Shown here: one piece after another, positions 38,127 to 46,803 of the stretch
Position numbering within the stretch: position 1 is the stretch's first letter
Layout: the number at the start of each line of letters is the position of its first letter
Assembly (NCBI GenBank): GCA_963828735.1
Contig: CAWHFW010000005.1
Span: 1,088,001-1,152,000, forward strand
DNA length: 64,000 nt
Reading direction: 5' to 3'
DNA from: an uncultured Gemmatimonadales bacterium
Lineage (GTDB): Bacteria; Gemmatimonadota; Gemmatimonadetes; Gemmatimonadales; GWC2-71-9
Made by a program: the position numbers and the translations under genes
Notes under the pieces: generated by a model
The model's database searches: none
The model's input: the letters and a program-made list of their open reading frames with translations, nothing else
Told to the model about the DNA's origin: nothing

Positions 38127-38140
38127 TTGGTGAATTACGC

Positions 38141-38563
38141 TCAGTAGCAGGCCGGCGCGCCCTCGGCGGTCACGGCGCCGTTCGGCGCAACGCCCGAGCC
38201 GACGAAGATGCCGCAGGTCTTGATGGCGCCCTTGAGGGTCGCGTTGGTCGCAGTCGCCGACCACCCACCCGCGCTCTGCCGGGTCACGGTGAGCACGTTG
38301 TTGGCCGAAGGCACGAAGGCCACCGTGCCCGCGCCGGCAGTACCGTTGACCTGCGCCGGGCCCAGCGTGCCCGAGTAGTCCTGGTTATCCGAGAAGAAAC
38401 CCTCTTCCGCCGTCACCAGGTTGCGCAGGTCCGACTTCATGCTGGCCAGTACCGCCTTCTCCTTCGTGTTCGCGAACTTCGGGATCGCGATAGCCGCCAG
38501 AATGCCGATGATGACGACCACGATCAGAAGCTCGATCAGGGTAAAGCCCTTGCGGTTCGACAT
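38141..38563 (-). CDS. pilA: Type IV major pilin, copy 1
   Basis: Same 140-aa length as copy 2 with five amino-acid differences; GGAGG RBS. Confidence 0.9.
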   Translation of the reverse strand: MSNRKGFTLIELLIVVVIIGILAAIAIPKFANTKEKAVLASMKSDLRNLVTAEEGFFSDNQDYSGTLGPAQVNGTAGAGTVAFVPSANNVLTVTRQSAGGWSATATNATLKGAIKTCGIFVGSGVAPNGAVTAEGAPACY

Positions 38564-38635
38564 GCGTCCTCCGGTTGAGTTACCTGCTCAGGACAAGGAT
38601 TGATCGCGGTCATCGATCGTTCCGGCACGGGGTAA

Positions 38636-38651
38636 GGCAACACTGATGCCA
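38636..38651 (-). promoter_or_regulatory. Sigma-54 promoter of pilA
   Basis: Minus strand TGGCAT-CAGTG-TTGCC. Confidence 0.85.
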
Positions 38652-38890
38652 CCCCCCCTCTTCACCGCCAAAACCCTCGACGGTGCAGCGACTTAACCAT
38701 CGCTTGCAGCCGATCTCCGGAGGCTTTTCCCGAGCCTCCCAGGCGGATTTTGCAAGAGTGGGATCGGCCGGCTGCCCACGCGAAGATGGGCCGCCTGCCG
38801 CGCGACGCCCGCATCAATTCCTTGCGACGCAGCATCCGGCTACCACGAACCGTGCCATGAATTGCATGGTTCTTGCCCCCGGGGCCGGGC

Positions 38891-41800
38891 ATGACCCCCA
38901 TCCTCTGCGTGATCTTCGTGCTGTCCGGCGCCGCCGGGCTGATCTACGAATCCATCTGGACGCGATACCTCGGCCTGTTCGTCGGGCACGACGCGTACGC
39001 CCAGATCCTCGTGCTGGTGATCTTCCTCGGTGGGATGTCACTGGGCGCGATCGCCGTGAGCCGGCGCTCCGAGCGGCTCCGCCACCCGCTCCATGGATAC
39101 GTGGCCGTGGAGTTCGCGGTCGGCTGCCTTGGCCTCGTGTTTCACGACCTCTATCAGGTGGCCACGGGTTGGGCCTATGCATCGGTCTTTCCCTCGCTCG
39201 CGGGGAGCTGGGGACTCACCGCCGCCAAGTGGACCATCGCCGGCGCGCTGATCCTGCCGCAGTCCGTGCTGCTCGGCATGACCTTCCCGCTCATGAGCGC
39301 CGGCGTCCTCCGGCTGGTGCCCGGCCGTCCCGGCCGGACGCTCGCGCTCCTCTACTTCGCCAACAGCCTTGGCGCGGCGGTGGGCGTGCTGGTCGCGGGG
39401 TTCTACCTGGTGGATGCCGCGGGGCTTTCCGGCACGCTGGCGGCCGCCGCGTCGCTCAACCTGATCGTCGCCGCCGGGACGATGGGTGCCATCGTGGCCC
39501 AGCGCTCCCGCGCCGCGGCCGATCCCGCGCCGTCCGAGCCGGTCGCCGAGCCCCCGGCGGACTCGGGCGATCTGCCTCGGCTGCTGCTGTTCGCAAGCTT
39601 CGCGACCGCGGTCGCGTCGTTCATCTATGAGATCGCCTGGAACCGGATGCTGGCCCTGGTGCTGGGCAGCGCGACCCACGCGTTCGAGCTGATGCTGTCC
39701 GCTTTCATCCTGGGTCTGGCCCTCGGCGCCTGGTGCATCCGATCCCGAGCCGACCGCCTGGCCGACCCCCTGCGGACCCTTGGCGCGGTGCAGTGGATCA
39801 TGGGCGGGCTCGCGCTCGCGACCCTCCCGCTGTACATCCGCTCGTTCGGGTGGACCGCGTCCCTGATCGCCACGTTCGCGCCGACCGACGCGGGCTACAC
39901 CGGCTACACGCTCGCCCGTTACGCGCTCTGCCTGGTCATCATGCTGCCGGCCACCTTCTGCGCCGGGATGACGCTGCCGCTCATCACCCGGATTCTCCTG
40001 GGTCTCCGGACCGGGGAGCGGGCTATCGGCGCGGTGTACGGCTGGAACACGCTCGGCTCCATCGCGGGCGTGATCCTCGCCGGCCTGCTCCTGCTGCCGG
40101 CGGTCGGACTTCACGCACTTCTCATCTTGGGCGCGCTGATCGACATGGGCGTGGGGATCCTGCTGCTGCGACGGGCCGGGCGAGGTTCGCGGGCCGACCG
40201 CCTGGTTCCGGCGGCGGTGTTCGCCAGCCTCGCCGCGGCGGTGCTGGCGTGGGGCGGGGTGCGCTTCGATCGAGTGCTGCTCTCGAGTGGCGTCTATCGG
40301 ACCGGCTCGCTGCTCACGCCCAAGGACCGCGAGGTGCGCTTCTACCGGGATGGTCGCACCGCATCGGTGACGGCCGCGAGGATCCGCGGCAACGACCAGC
40401 TCTACCTGGCCACGAATGGAAAGACCGACGCGTCGCTCTCGATGGAATGGTTCGCCGGCTGCGACTCGACCCGGGGACCGGTGCCGCTCGCGCAGGACGG
40501 GGCGACCCAGGCGCTGCTCCCGCTCATCACGATGGCGTACGCGCCTCACGCGCGCTCGGCGGCGGTGATCGGGCAGGGCTCCGGCATGTCGTCCCACCTC
40601 ATGCTCGGGAACCCGGAGCTCCGGGAGCTCGTCACCATCGAGATCGAGCCCCAGATGGTGGCCGGCTCGCGCATCTTCTACCCCGCCAATCGCCGCGCGT
40701 TCGACGACCCGCGCTCGCATCTCGTGATCGACGACGCCAAGTCCTACTTCGCGTCGGCCTCGCGCCGCTTCGACATGATCATGTCCGAGCCATCGAACCC
40801 GTGGGTGAGCGGGGTCTCGGGCCTCTTCACCACCGAGTTCTACGGCCGGGTCCGCACCTATTTGTCGGACGACGGCGTGTTCGGACAGTGGCTCCATGTC
40901 TACGAGCTGGATGACGAGCTGGTCCTGAGCGTGATCGCCGCGCTGCACCACAATTTCGCCTCGTACGAGATCTACCTGGTGCCGAGCGGGGATCTGCTCG
41001 TGGTCGCCAGCAACCGGTCGAAGCTGCCGGCACCAGACTGGTCGGTGCTCGGTCTCCCGGCGATCCGGACCGACCTCTGCGCCTTCCGTCCGCTCGAGCC
41101 GGCCACGGTCGAAGCGCTGCACCTCGTCGGCCGGCGCGAGCTGGCCCCGCTCCTCAACCAGGGAAGCGTGGTCGCCAACTCCGACTTCTTCCCGGTGCTG
41201 GATCTCGGCGCGGAGCGGCGGCGGTTCCGGCACGACTTCGCGGTCGGGTTCCCCGCCCTCTCGACCGACTGGTTCAACCTGCTGTCGTCCATGCGCCGGC
41301 GACCGGTGCCGCCCGCGAGTGACCCGGTCGCCTCGGTGCCGGAGAACCCCAGGGTCAGCGCTCGCGCGACGGGCGCCCTGCTGCGGACTTCGGCCGCCGA
41401 AGGGCGGACCGATACCATCGCCTCGCCGGCGGCGGCACAGGCGGTGTTTCTGTGGCAGCAGTGGCGGGCCGCGAGGGATCGGTCGCCGAGCGACTGGGAG
41501 ATGTGGACCGACCAGGTGAGACTGGTGGAGCAGTACCGGAACGGCGGCACGGCGGGGGTATCCGACGACGCGTTCTACTCCGACGTGGAGCGGACGATGG
41601 ACCGGTTCGGGGCGCCCGCCGCGGCCCGCGACGTCATTGCGTTCCGGAAGAATCTGGCGGCGTGGAAATTCGCGGAGGCGGCGTCGGCCGCGGACCGGCT
41701 GCTGCCGGTGGCCATGCGCGACCATCGCTGGATCACGGCCGACGAGCTCCGGGATGGGGCCGTGTTTGCCAAGCTCAACAGCGGGGATATCCGGGGCGCG

Positions 41801-41944
41801 CGCCAGGTGCTCGACACGCTGGCCACCTTCAGCATTCGCAGGCCCGGCGATCTCCGCAGCCGATTGCTGGCTGCCTACGTCACCTCGGCGGAGATCCAGC
41901 GGGCCATGGCGAGCGACGCAGGGGCCAGCATCTCGCAGCGGTAG
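38891..41944 (+). CDS. Fused multi-TM (MFS-like) / spermidine-synthase-like SAM-dependent protein
   Basis: SGAAGLIYE..W duplicated membrane halves, NGKTDAS, VIGQGSG, IEIEP, SEPSNPW, LFTTEFY. Confidence 0.88.
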   Translation: MTPILCVIFVLSGAAGLIYESIWTRYLGLFVGHDAYAQILVLVIFLGGMSLGAIAVSRRSERLRHPLHGYVAVEFAVGCLGLVFHDLYQVATGWAYASVFPSLAGSWGLTAAKWTIAGALILPQSVLLGMTFPLMSAGVLRLVPGRPGRTLALLYFANSLGAAVGVLVAGFYLVDAAGLSGTLAAAASLNLIVAAGTMGAIVAQRSRAAADPAPSEPVAEPPADSGDLPRLLLFASFATAVASFIYEIAWNRMLALVLGSATHAFELMLSAFILGLALGAWCIRSRADRLADPLRTLGAVQWIMGGLALATLPLYIRSFGWTASLIATFAPTDAGYTGYTLARYALCLVIMLPATFCAGMTLPLITRILLGLRTGERAIGAVYGWNTLGSIAGVILAGLLLLPAVGLHALLILGALIDMGVGILLLRRAGRGSRADRLVPAAVFASLAAAVLAWGGVRFDRVLLSSGVYRTGSLLTPKDREVRFYRDGRTASVTAARIRGNDQLYLATNGKTDASLSMEWFAGCDSTRGPVPLAQDGATQALLPLITMAYAPHARSAAVIGQGSGMSSHLMLGNPELRELVTIEIEPQMVAGSRIFYPANRRAFDDPRSHLVIDDAKSYFASASRRFDMIMSEPSNPWVSGVSGLFTTEFYGRVRTYLSDDGVFGQWLHVYELDDELVLSVIAALHHNFASYEIYLVPSGDLLVVASNRSKLPAPDWSVLGLPAIRTDLCAFRPLEPATVEALHLVGRRELAPLLNQGSVVANSDFFPVLDLGAERRRFRHDFAVGFPALSTDWFNLLSSMRRRPVPPASDPVASVPENPRVSARATGALLRTSAAEGRTDTIASPAAAQAVFLWQQWRAARDRSPSDWEMWTDQVRLVEQYRNGGTAGVSDDAFYSDVERTMDRFGAPAAARDVIAFRKNLAAWKFAEAASAADRLLPVAMRDHRWITADELRDGAVFAKLNSGDIRGARQVLDTLATFSIRRPGDLRSRLLAAYVTSAEIQRAMASDAGASISQR

Positions 41945-41957
41945 CGGCAAAAGGCAA

Positions 41958-41979
41958 CGGTCGGGGAATTCCCCGACCG
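41958..41979. terminator. Perfect palindrome between convergent genes
   Basis: CGGTCGGGG-AATT-CCCCGACCG; TTGCCTTTT follows on minus strand. Confidence 0.7.
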
Positions 41980-42012
41980 CCGGATCATGCAGCAGCGATT
42001 CCCCCGCTGCGT

Positions 42013-43401
42013 CTACACCTTCACCTCCACCTGCTCCTCGTACCGGCTGAGCTTCCGGTACAGGGTGCTCGGGTCGATGCCCAGCACCTCGGCCGCGCGC
42101 GTCTTGTTCCCGCCCTCCGCCTGCAGGACCCACATGATATACGCGCGTTCGATCACCTCCAGCGTCGGGTTCCGATAGGACCGCTCGGCGACGAGCGGCT
42201 CCTTCCGCCGCTTGGTGATCCGCTCGGGCAGCGAGGAGGCCTCGATGAGGTTGCCGCGGCTCAGCACGGTGGCGTGCTCGAGGGCGTTCTCCAGCTCGCG
42301 CACGTTGCCGGGCCACTCGTACACCATGACGGCATCGAGCGCCTCGGATGCCAGCGCCTTGGGCTCGCCGCCGGCGTCGCCGGCATCGCCGGCGAGCTGC
42401 TGAAGGAATGACTCGATCAGGAGCAGCAGATCGTCCCGCCGATCACGGAGCGGCGGCAGGTTGAGTGCGATGACGTTGAGGCGGTAGAACAGGTCGGAGC
42501 GGAAGTTCCCGCGCCGGATCTCTTCCTCGAGGTCCCGGTTGGTGGCCGCGATGATCCGGACGTCCACCGGGATCGCCTCGGTGGCGCCGACCGGAATGGC
42601 CTCGCGCTCCTGGAGCACCCGGAGAAGCTTGACCTGCAGCGAGGGCGGCATCTCGCCCACCTCGTCGAGGAAGAAGCTCCCGCCCCGTGCGGCGGCGAAC
42701 AGGCCCTGTTTGTCCCGCACCGCGCCGGTGAAGCTCCCCTTCACGTGACCGAACAGCTCGCTCTCGAGCAGGTTCTCGGGCAGCGCGCCGCAGTTGATCG
42801 AGAGGAACGGCCCGTCGACCCGGTTGGAAAGGTTGTGCACGTAGCGGGCGACGACCTCCTTGCCCGTGCCGCTCTCGCCCTGGATCAGCACGGTCGAGTC
42901 GGTCGGGGCCACGTGCTCGGCGAGCTTGAGGACCTCGAGGAACCGCTTGGACTTGCCGATCGGTCGGGTGACGGTGGTTTTGTCGCGGCGGCGGATCTCC
43001 TGCTTGAGTTGCTTGTTCTCGACCCGCACCTGCCGGAACTCGCACGCCCGGCGGAGGATCGCGATCAGCTCGTCGTTGCTGAATGGCTTCTGGATGTAGT
43101 AGAAGGCGCCGGAGTTGACCGCGCCGATGGCGCTCTGGAGAGAGGCCTGTGCCGTCATGAGGATGACCGGCGTCATCGGGTCCTGCTCACGGGCGGCGTT
43201 GAGGATGTCGAGCCCGCTCACCTGCGGCATCCGCACGTCGGAGAGGATGAGGTCGTGGGTGCCCGAGCGGATCTGCTCGAGGCCGGCCTTGCCGCCCTGC
43301 GCGGTCGTCACCTCGAACCCTTCGTTCCGGAGCAGGATACGAAGGGTGTCGAGGATGCCGGATTCGTCGTCCACGACCAACACCGAAGGCTTGTAGCTCA
43401 T
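42013..43401 (-). CDS. pilR: Sigma-54-dependent response regulator, PilR-like
   Basis: Receiver, GESGTGKE, GSFTGA, WPGNVREL, HTH; ATGA-coupled to the PilS-like kinase. Confidence 0.8.
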   Translation of the reverse strand: MSYKPSVLVVDDESGILDTLRILLRNEGFEVTTAQGGKAGLEQIRSGTHDLILSDVRMPQVSGLDILNAAREQDPMTPVILMTAQASLQSAIGAVNSGAFYYIQKPFSNDELIAILRRACEFRQVRVENKQLKQEIRRRDKTTVTRPIGKSKRFLEVLKLAEHVAPTDSTVLIQGESGTGKEVVARYVHNLSNRVDGPFLSINCGALPENLLESELFGHVKGSFTGAVRDKQGLFAAARGGSFFLDEVGEMPPSLQVKLLRVLQEREAIPVGATEAIPVDVRIIAATNRDLEEEIRRGNFRSDLFYRLNVIALNLPPLRDRRDDLLLLIESFLQQLAGDAGDAGGEPKALASEALDAVMVYEWPGNVRELENALEHATVLSRGNLIEASSLPERITKRRKEPLVAERSYRNPTLEVIERAYIMWVLQAEGGNKTRAAEVLGIDPSTLYRKLSRYEEQVEVKV

Positions 43402-45056
43402 GCGGCATCCTCCGCCATCATCTTGGCGGGCAGAAAGATAGTGAAGGTCGTGCCCGTCCCGGGACCGGAGTCCACCAGCACCAGGCCCCGGTGCGCCTGG
43501 ACGGCCCGCTGCACGATGGCGAGGCCGAGGCCGCTGCCGCCCGGCCGCCCCGAAACGAACGGGTCGAACAGGCGATCCCGGATGTCGGTCGGAATGCCGG
43601 GGCCGTCGTCCCGCACCTGCAGCCGGACCGCGTGGTCCAGGTTCGTCCCGTGGGGAATCTCGGGACCTTGCACGGCGGCCACGCTCACGGTGATGCGAAT
43701 CGGGCCGCGCGCGGCCTGCACCGCGTTGAGCACCAGGTTGGCGATGACGCGGTGCAGCAGGTCCTCGTCCGCGTCCAGCATCGTGCGGCCGCCTTCGATC
43801 GTGATCGCGGCGTCCGGCCGGCACTCGGGATGCGCCCGGATGAGCCGCACCACCGCGACCACCACGGCGTGCAGGTCCAGCGGCACGAAGTGGGTGGCCC
43901 GCACCCGGGCGAAGTCGAGGAACTCGCTCAACAGCCGGCTCAGGCGGTCGCTCTCGCGGACGATGAGACCGGCGAGAAACCGCTCGTCGTCGTCGGCGTG
44001 CTTGGAGCGGGCGAGCTGCTCGACCGAGCTTCGGATCGAGGCAAGCGGGTTCCGGATCTCGTGCGCGAGTGACGCGCTCAGCGCGGCCACCGATTCCAGG
44101 CGCTCGGCACGGGCCTGGAGCTCCTGCACTTCCTTGAGGTCCGAGATGTCCGTGAAGATGGCGGTCACCGACGGCGCATCCTGCGCTTCCTGCCGGAACG
44201 TGGTGGTGCTGAGGCCGATCGGAAAGATGCGGCCGCCCTGATGCATCACCATCCCCTCGCCACGGCTGATCTTCCGGCCGTTCCGGATACCAGCCACGAC
44301 CGCCGCCCAGAGCTCGGAGGAGCGGGTCTTGAGCTGGTCCAGGACCGGCGTCCCGATCAGCCCTTCGCCATCCAGGTCGAGCAGCTTCTGGCCCGTCGGA
44401 TTGATGAAGGCGAGCCGGCCGACTCCGTCCACCGTGAGCACGCCGGACCGGATGTTCCGCAGGATGTCGTCCGCCTCGAGCCTCACCCGCTTGAGCTCGA
44501 TGGTCAAGGTTTCCTGCTCCATCCCGGCCTCGCGCAGCCGGTGACCCAGCACCGCCACGATCGCGAACACCACGTTGAACACGACCACCTGCGCCCAGAA
44601 CGCGGTATCGGGAGCGCCGGCCCGGGTCAGGAACGCGTCGCCCAGGAACAGGGCCGAGGCGCAGATCGCGGTGAGCGCACCCCACGTGGGCGGCATGAGG
44701 AGCGCGTAGGCGGCCACCGCCAGGACGTACAGCGCGGGGAACGCCGACTGCGGCTGCCCGGCGAAGTGGACGATCGTGGTGACGACGCCCAGGTCCACCA
44801 GCGCCTGCACCATGAGGAAGCCGTTGCCCGCGGGGCGGCCGCGGACGAACACGTGCCACGCCCCGTACGCCGTGAACAGCAGGGCGACGACGACCGCGAG
44901 GGTGACGAGAAAGGATTCCTGCGGCCGCTCGGTCCAGACCAGGCCGGCGCCGAGCAGGATTCCAATGGCCAGCACCAACCGCCCGACGAAGAGCCAGGAC
45001 AGGAGGGTGCGCTGGTCGGGCAGGGTGCTGCGCCCAACCCGGCGGCGGTCAGGCAT
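43398..45056 (-). CDS. pilS: PilS-like sensor kinase (about 6 TM, PAS, HisKA, HATPase)
   Basis: Multi-TM N-terminus with QALVDL, AHEIRNPL, GSGLGL. Confidence 0.8.
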   Translation of the reverse strand: MPDRRRVGRSTLPDQRTLLSWLFVGRLVLAIGILLGAGLVWTERPQESFLVTLAVVVALLFTAYGAWHVFVRGRPAGNGFLMVQALVDLGVVTTIVHFAGQPQSAFPALYVLAVAAYALLMPPTWGALTAICASALFLGDAFLTRAGAPDTAFWAQVVVFNVVFAIVAVLGHRLREAGMEQETLTIELKRVRLEADDILRNIRSGVLTVDGVGRLAFINPTGQKLLDLDGEGLIGTPVLDQLKTRSSELWAAVVAGIRNGRKISRGEGMVMHQGGRIFPIGLSTTTFRQEAQDAPSVTAIFTDISDLKEVQELQARAERLESVAALSASLAHEIRNPLASIRSSVEQLARSKHADDDERFLAGLIVRESDRLSRLLSEFLDFARVRATHFVPLDLHAVVVAVVRLIRAHPECRPDAAITIEGGRTMLDADEDLLHRVIANLVLNAVQAARGPIRITVSVAAVQGPEIPHGTNLDHAVRLQVRDDGPGIPTDIRDRLFDPFVSGRPGGSGLGLAIVQRAVQAHRGLVLVDSGPGTGTTFTIFLPAKMMAEDAA

Positions 45057-45138
45057 CGTCTCTCGACAGGCTCGGCGTGTGCACGGGGGTCCGCCGAAGA
45101 TAGAAAGGCGGACACCTCATTACAATCCATGCGACCCC

Positions 45139-46110
45139 ATGACTTGGCACGTCTATGTCGCCCGCTGCGGCGACGGCAGCCTCTATACCGGGATCACCAC
45201 CGACCCCGTCCGTCGCGCGGCGACCCACAACGCGGGCCGCGGCGCCAGCTACACCCGTGCGCGGCGACCCATCCGGCTGGTTCACGTCGAGACCGTCGTC
45301 GATCGGCCGGCCGCCCTGCGGCGTGAGATCGCCATCAAGCGCCTGCCGCGCCGTCTCAAGGAGCAGCTCGTGAACGAATCCACCCTGACCACGGAGTTCC
45401 GCGGCTTCGGTCCCGGCGCACTTCGGTTCCTCCGGCGCCTGGCCCGACACAACACCCGGGAATGGTTCGAGGGAAACCGCGCGGTCTACGAGACCGAGGT
45501 GCGGGACCCGCTGCGCGCGCTGGTGGAGGAGATGGACGTCCGCCTCGCCCGGGTCGCGCCCGAGCTCGTCGGCGACCCGCGACACTCGATCTTCCGGATT
45601 CACCGCGACGTCCGGTTCTCCAAGGACAAGTCACCATACAAGACCAACGCCGCCTGCCAGTTCTACCATCATGACGCCGGCCGAGGAGCCGGCCAGGACG
45701 CCGAGGGGGCCGGCGCGGGACTCTACTTCCAGCTCGCCGACGGCGAATGCTTCGTGGCCGGCGGGATCTGGATGCCGGCGAGGCCGGGGCTCGAAAAAAT
45801 TCGCGAGGCGCTCGCGGAGGATCCCGGTGCGCTCGACCGGATCGTCGCGGAACCAGCCTTCCGTCGGCGCTTCAAGTCCCTGACCCAGGAATCCATGCTG
45901 ACCCGGCTGCCGCGCGGCTACGCCGAGGGACACCCCGCGGAGCGGTGGCTCCGGTACAAGTCGTTCACGGCCTACCGGCCGCTCGCGGAGCGCGAGATCG
46001 GCAGCCCGCGTCTCGCAGCGACCCTCGAGCGGGACTTCGTCACGCTCGTGCCGCTGGTGCGATGGCTCAATGGGGCGATCGGGTATCGGGCGTGGGAGCG
46101 GAGATACTAG
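45139..46110 (+). CDS. GIY-YIG (YhbQ-like) nuclease fused to DUF2461
   Basis: VYVARCGDGSLYTGITTD..HNAG.GASYT; then HNTREWF, IFRIHRDVRFSKDKSPYK. Confidence 0.8.
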   Translation: MTWHVYVARCGDGSLYTGITTDPVRRAATHNAGRGASYTRARRPIRLVHVETVVDRPAALRREIAIKRLPRRLKEQLVNESTLTTEFRGFGPGALRFLRRLARHNTREWFEGNRAVYETEVRDPLRALVEEMDVRLARVAPELVGDPRHSIFRIHRDVRFSKDKSPYKTNAACQFYHHDAGRGAGQDAEGAGAGLYFQLADGECFVAGGIWMPARPGLEKIREALAEDPGALDRIVAEPAFRRRFKSLTQESMLTRLPRGYAEGHPAERWLRYKSFTAYRPLAEREIGSPRLAATLERDFVTLVPLVRWLNGAIGYRAWERRY

Positions 46111-46183
46111 GTCGAGAAGCGGGCCGGCATCGGCTCGCCCGCTTGCCGGTTCGCCCGGCTATCCCCGAAGCGAGGCTTGCGTG

Positions 46184-46732
46184 TCAGGGCGCCGATCCGG
46201 GGGCCCGGCGGTCCATGCCGGGATACTTCGCCTGCTCGCGCGCCCGGCGCTCGCGCGCCTGCCGCGTGACCAGCGAGTTGGGCGCATCCAGGTTCGCGCC
46301 GTCATCCACGCCGACGCCCAGCCGGTCCACCAGCTCGCCGCCGAGCCACGCCGTCCCCATCACGATCACGATGCCGATCAGGCCGGCCGCGATCGCGCGC
46401 ATGGACGGCGCGCCGGGCGCGGGCCGCCGGATCAGCCAGCTGACGATGAAGAGACCCAGCACCACCACGTTTCCCGCGCCGTGGACCAGGCCGACCCGCT
46501 TGGCGCGCGTCTGGGGCGGTATCGCCCACCAGTCGATCCACCCGGGAATCGCGGCCGCGAGCCCGCCGACCAGCCCCGCGCCGATCAGGTAGAAGGCGAT
46601 CTCGGTCCAGCGGACATCGTCGTTGACCAGATAGATGAGGTCGAATACCACCGCGGTGGACAGGAGCCCGAGCGGGAAGACCACGAGCATCGGGTGCAGC
46701 GGATGCCCCACCAGCTTGATCCGGCTTTCCAT
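46184..46732 (-). CDS. DUF2231 membrane protein
   Basis: GHPLHPMLVVFP, conserved His in LVHG, WLGGELV. Confidence 0.85.
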   Translation of the reverse strand: MESRIKLVGHPLHPMLVVFPLGLLSTAVVFDLIYLVNDDVRWTEIAFYLIGAGLVGGLAAAIPGWIDWWAIPPQTRAKRVGLVHGAGNVVVLGLFIVSWLIRRPAPGAPSMRAIAAGLIGIVIVMGTAWLGGELVDRLGVGVDDGANLDAPNSLVTRQARERRAREQAKYPGMDRRAPGSAP

Positions 46733-46803
46733 CGGTGGCCTCCTGGGGTAGCGTCGCCCTCCTCAAGATGAGGCGGAGAGGGAGCACGGGGAAGGCGGCG
46801 GCG

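Noticed and set aside
37654..38563. pilA pair as a diversity-generating retroelement TR/VR
   Set aside because: Differences are not adenine-specific, several are synonymous, and no reverse transcriptase is in the window
38141..38563. Conductive Geobacter-like e-pilin (SDLRNL..F51..Y57 similarity)
   Set aside because: Full-length pilin lacking Y27 and Y32, with only about 9 F/W/Y among 134 mature residues
39038..42316. Very long antisense or alternative-frame ORFs (also 378..2453, 9304..11640, 21787..24114, 46906..49530)
   Set aside because: Arg/Ala/Gly-rich shadows of real genes, expected at this GC content
42013..44859. Apparent long fusion ORFs (948-aa PilR, 788-aa XerC, 509-aa Mog)
   Set aside because: Upstream extensions overlap other real genes; internal starts with coupling or RBS fit better
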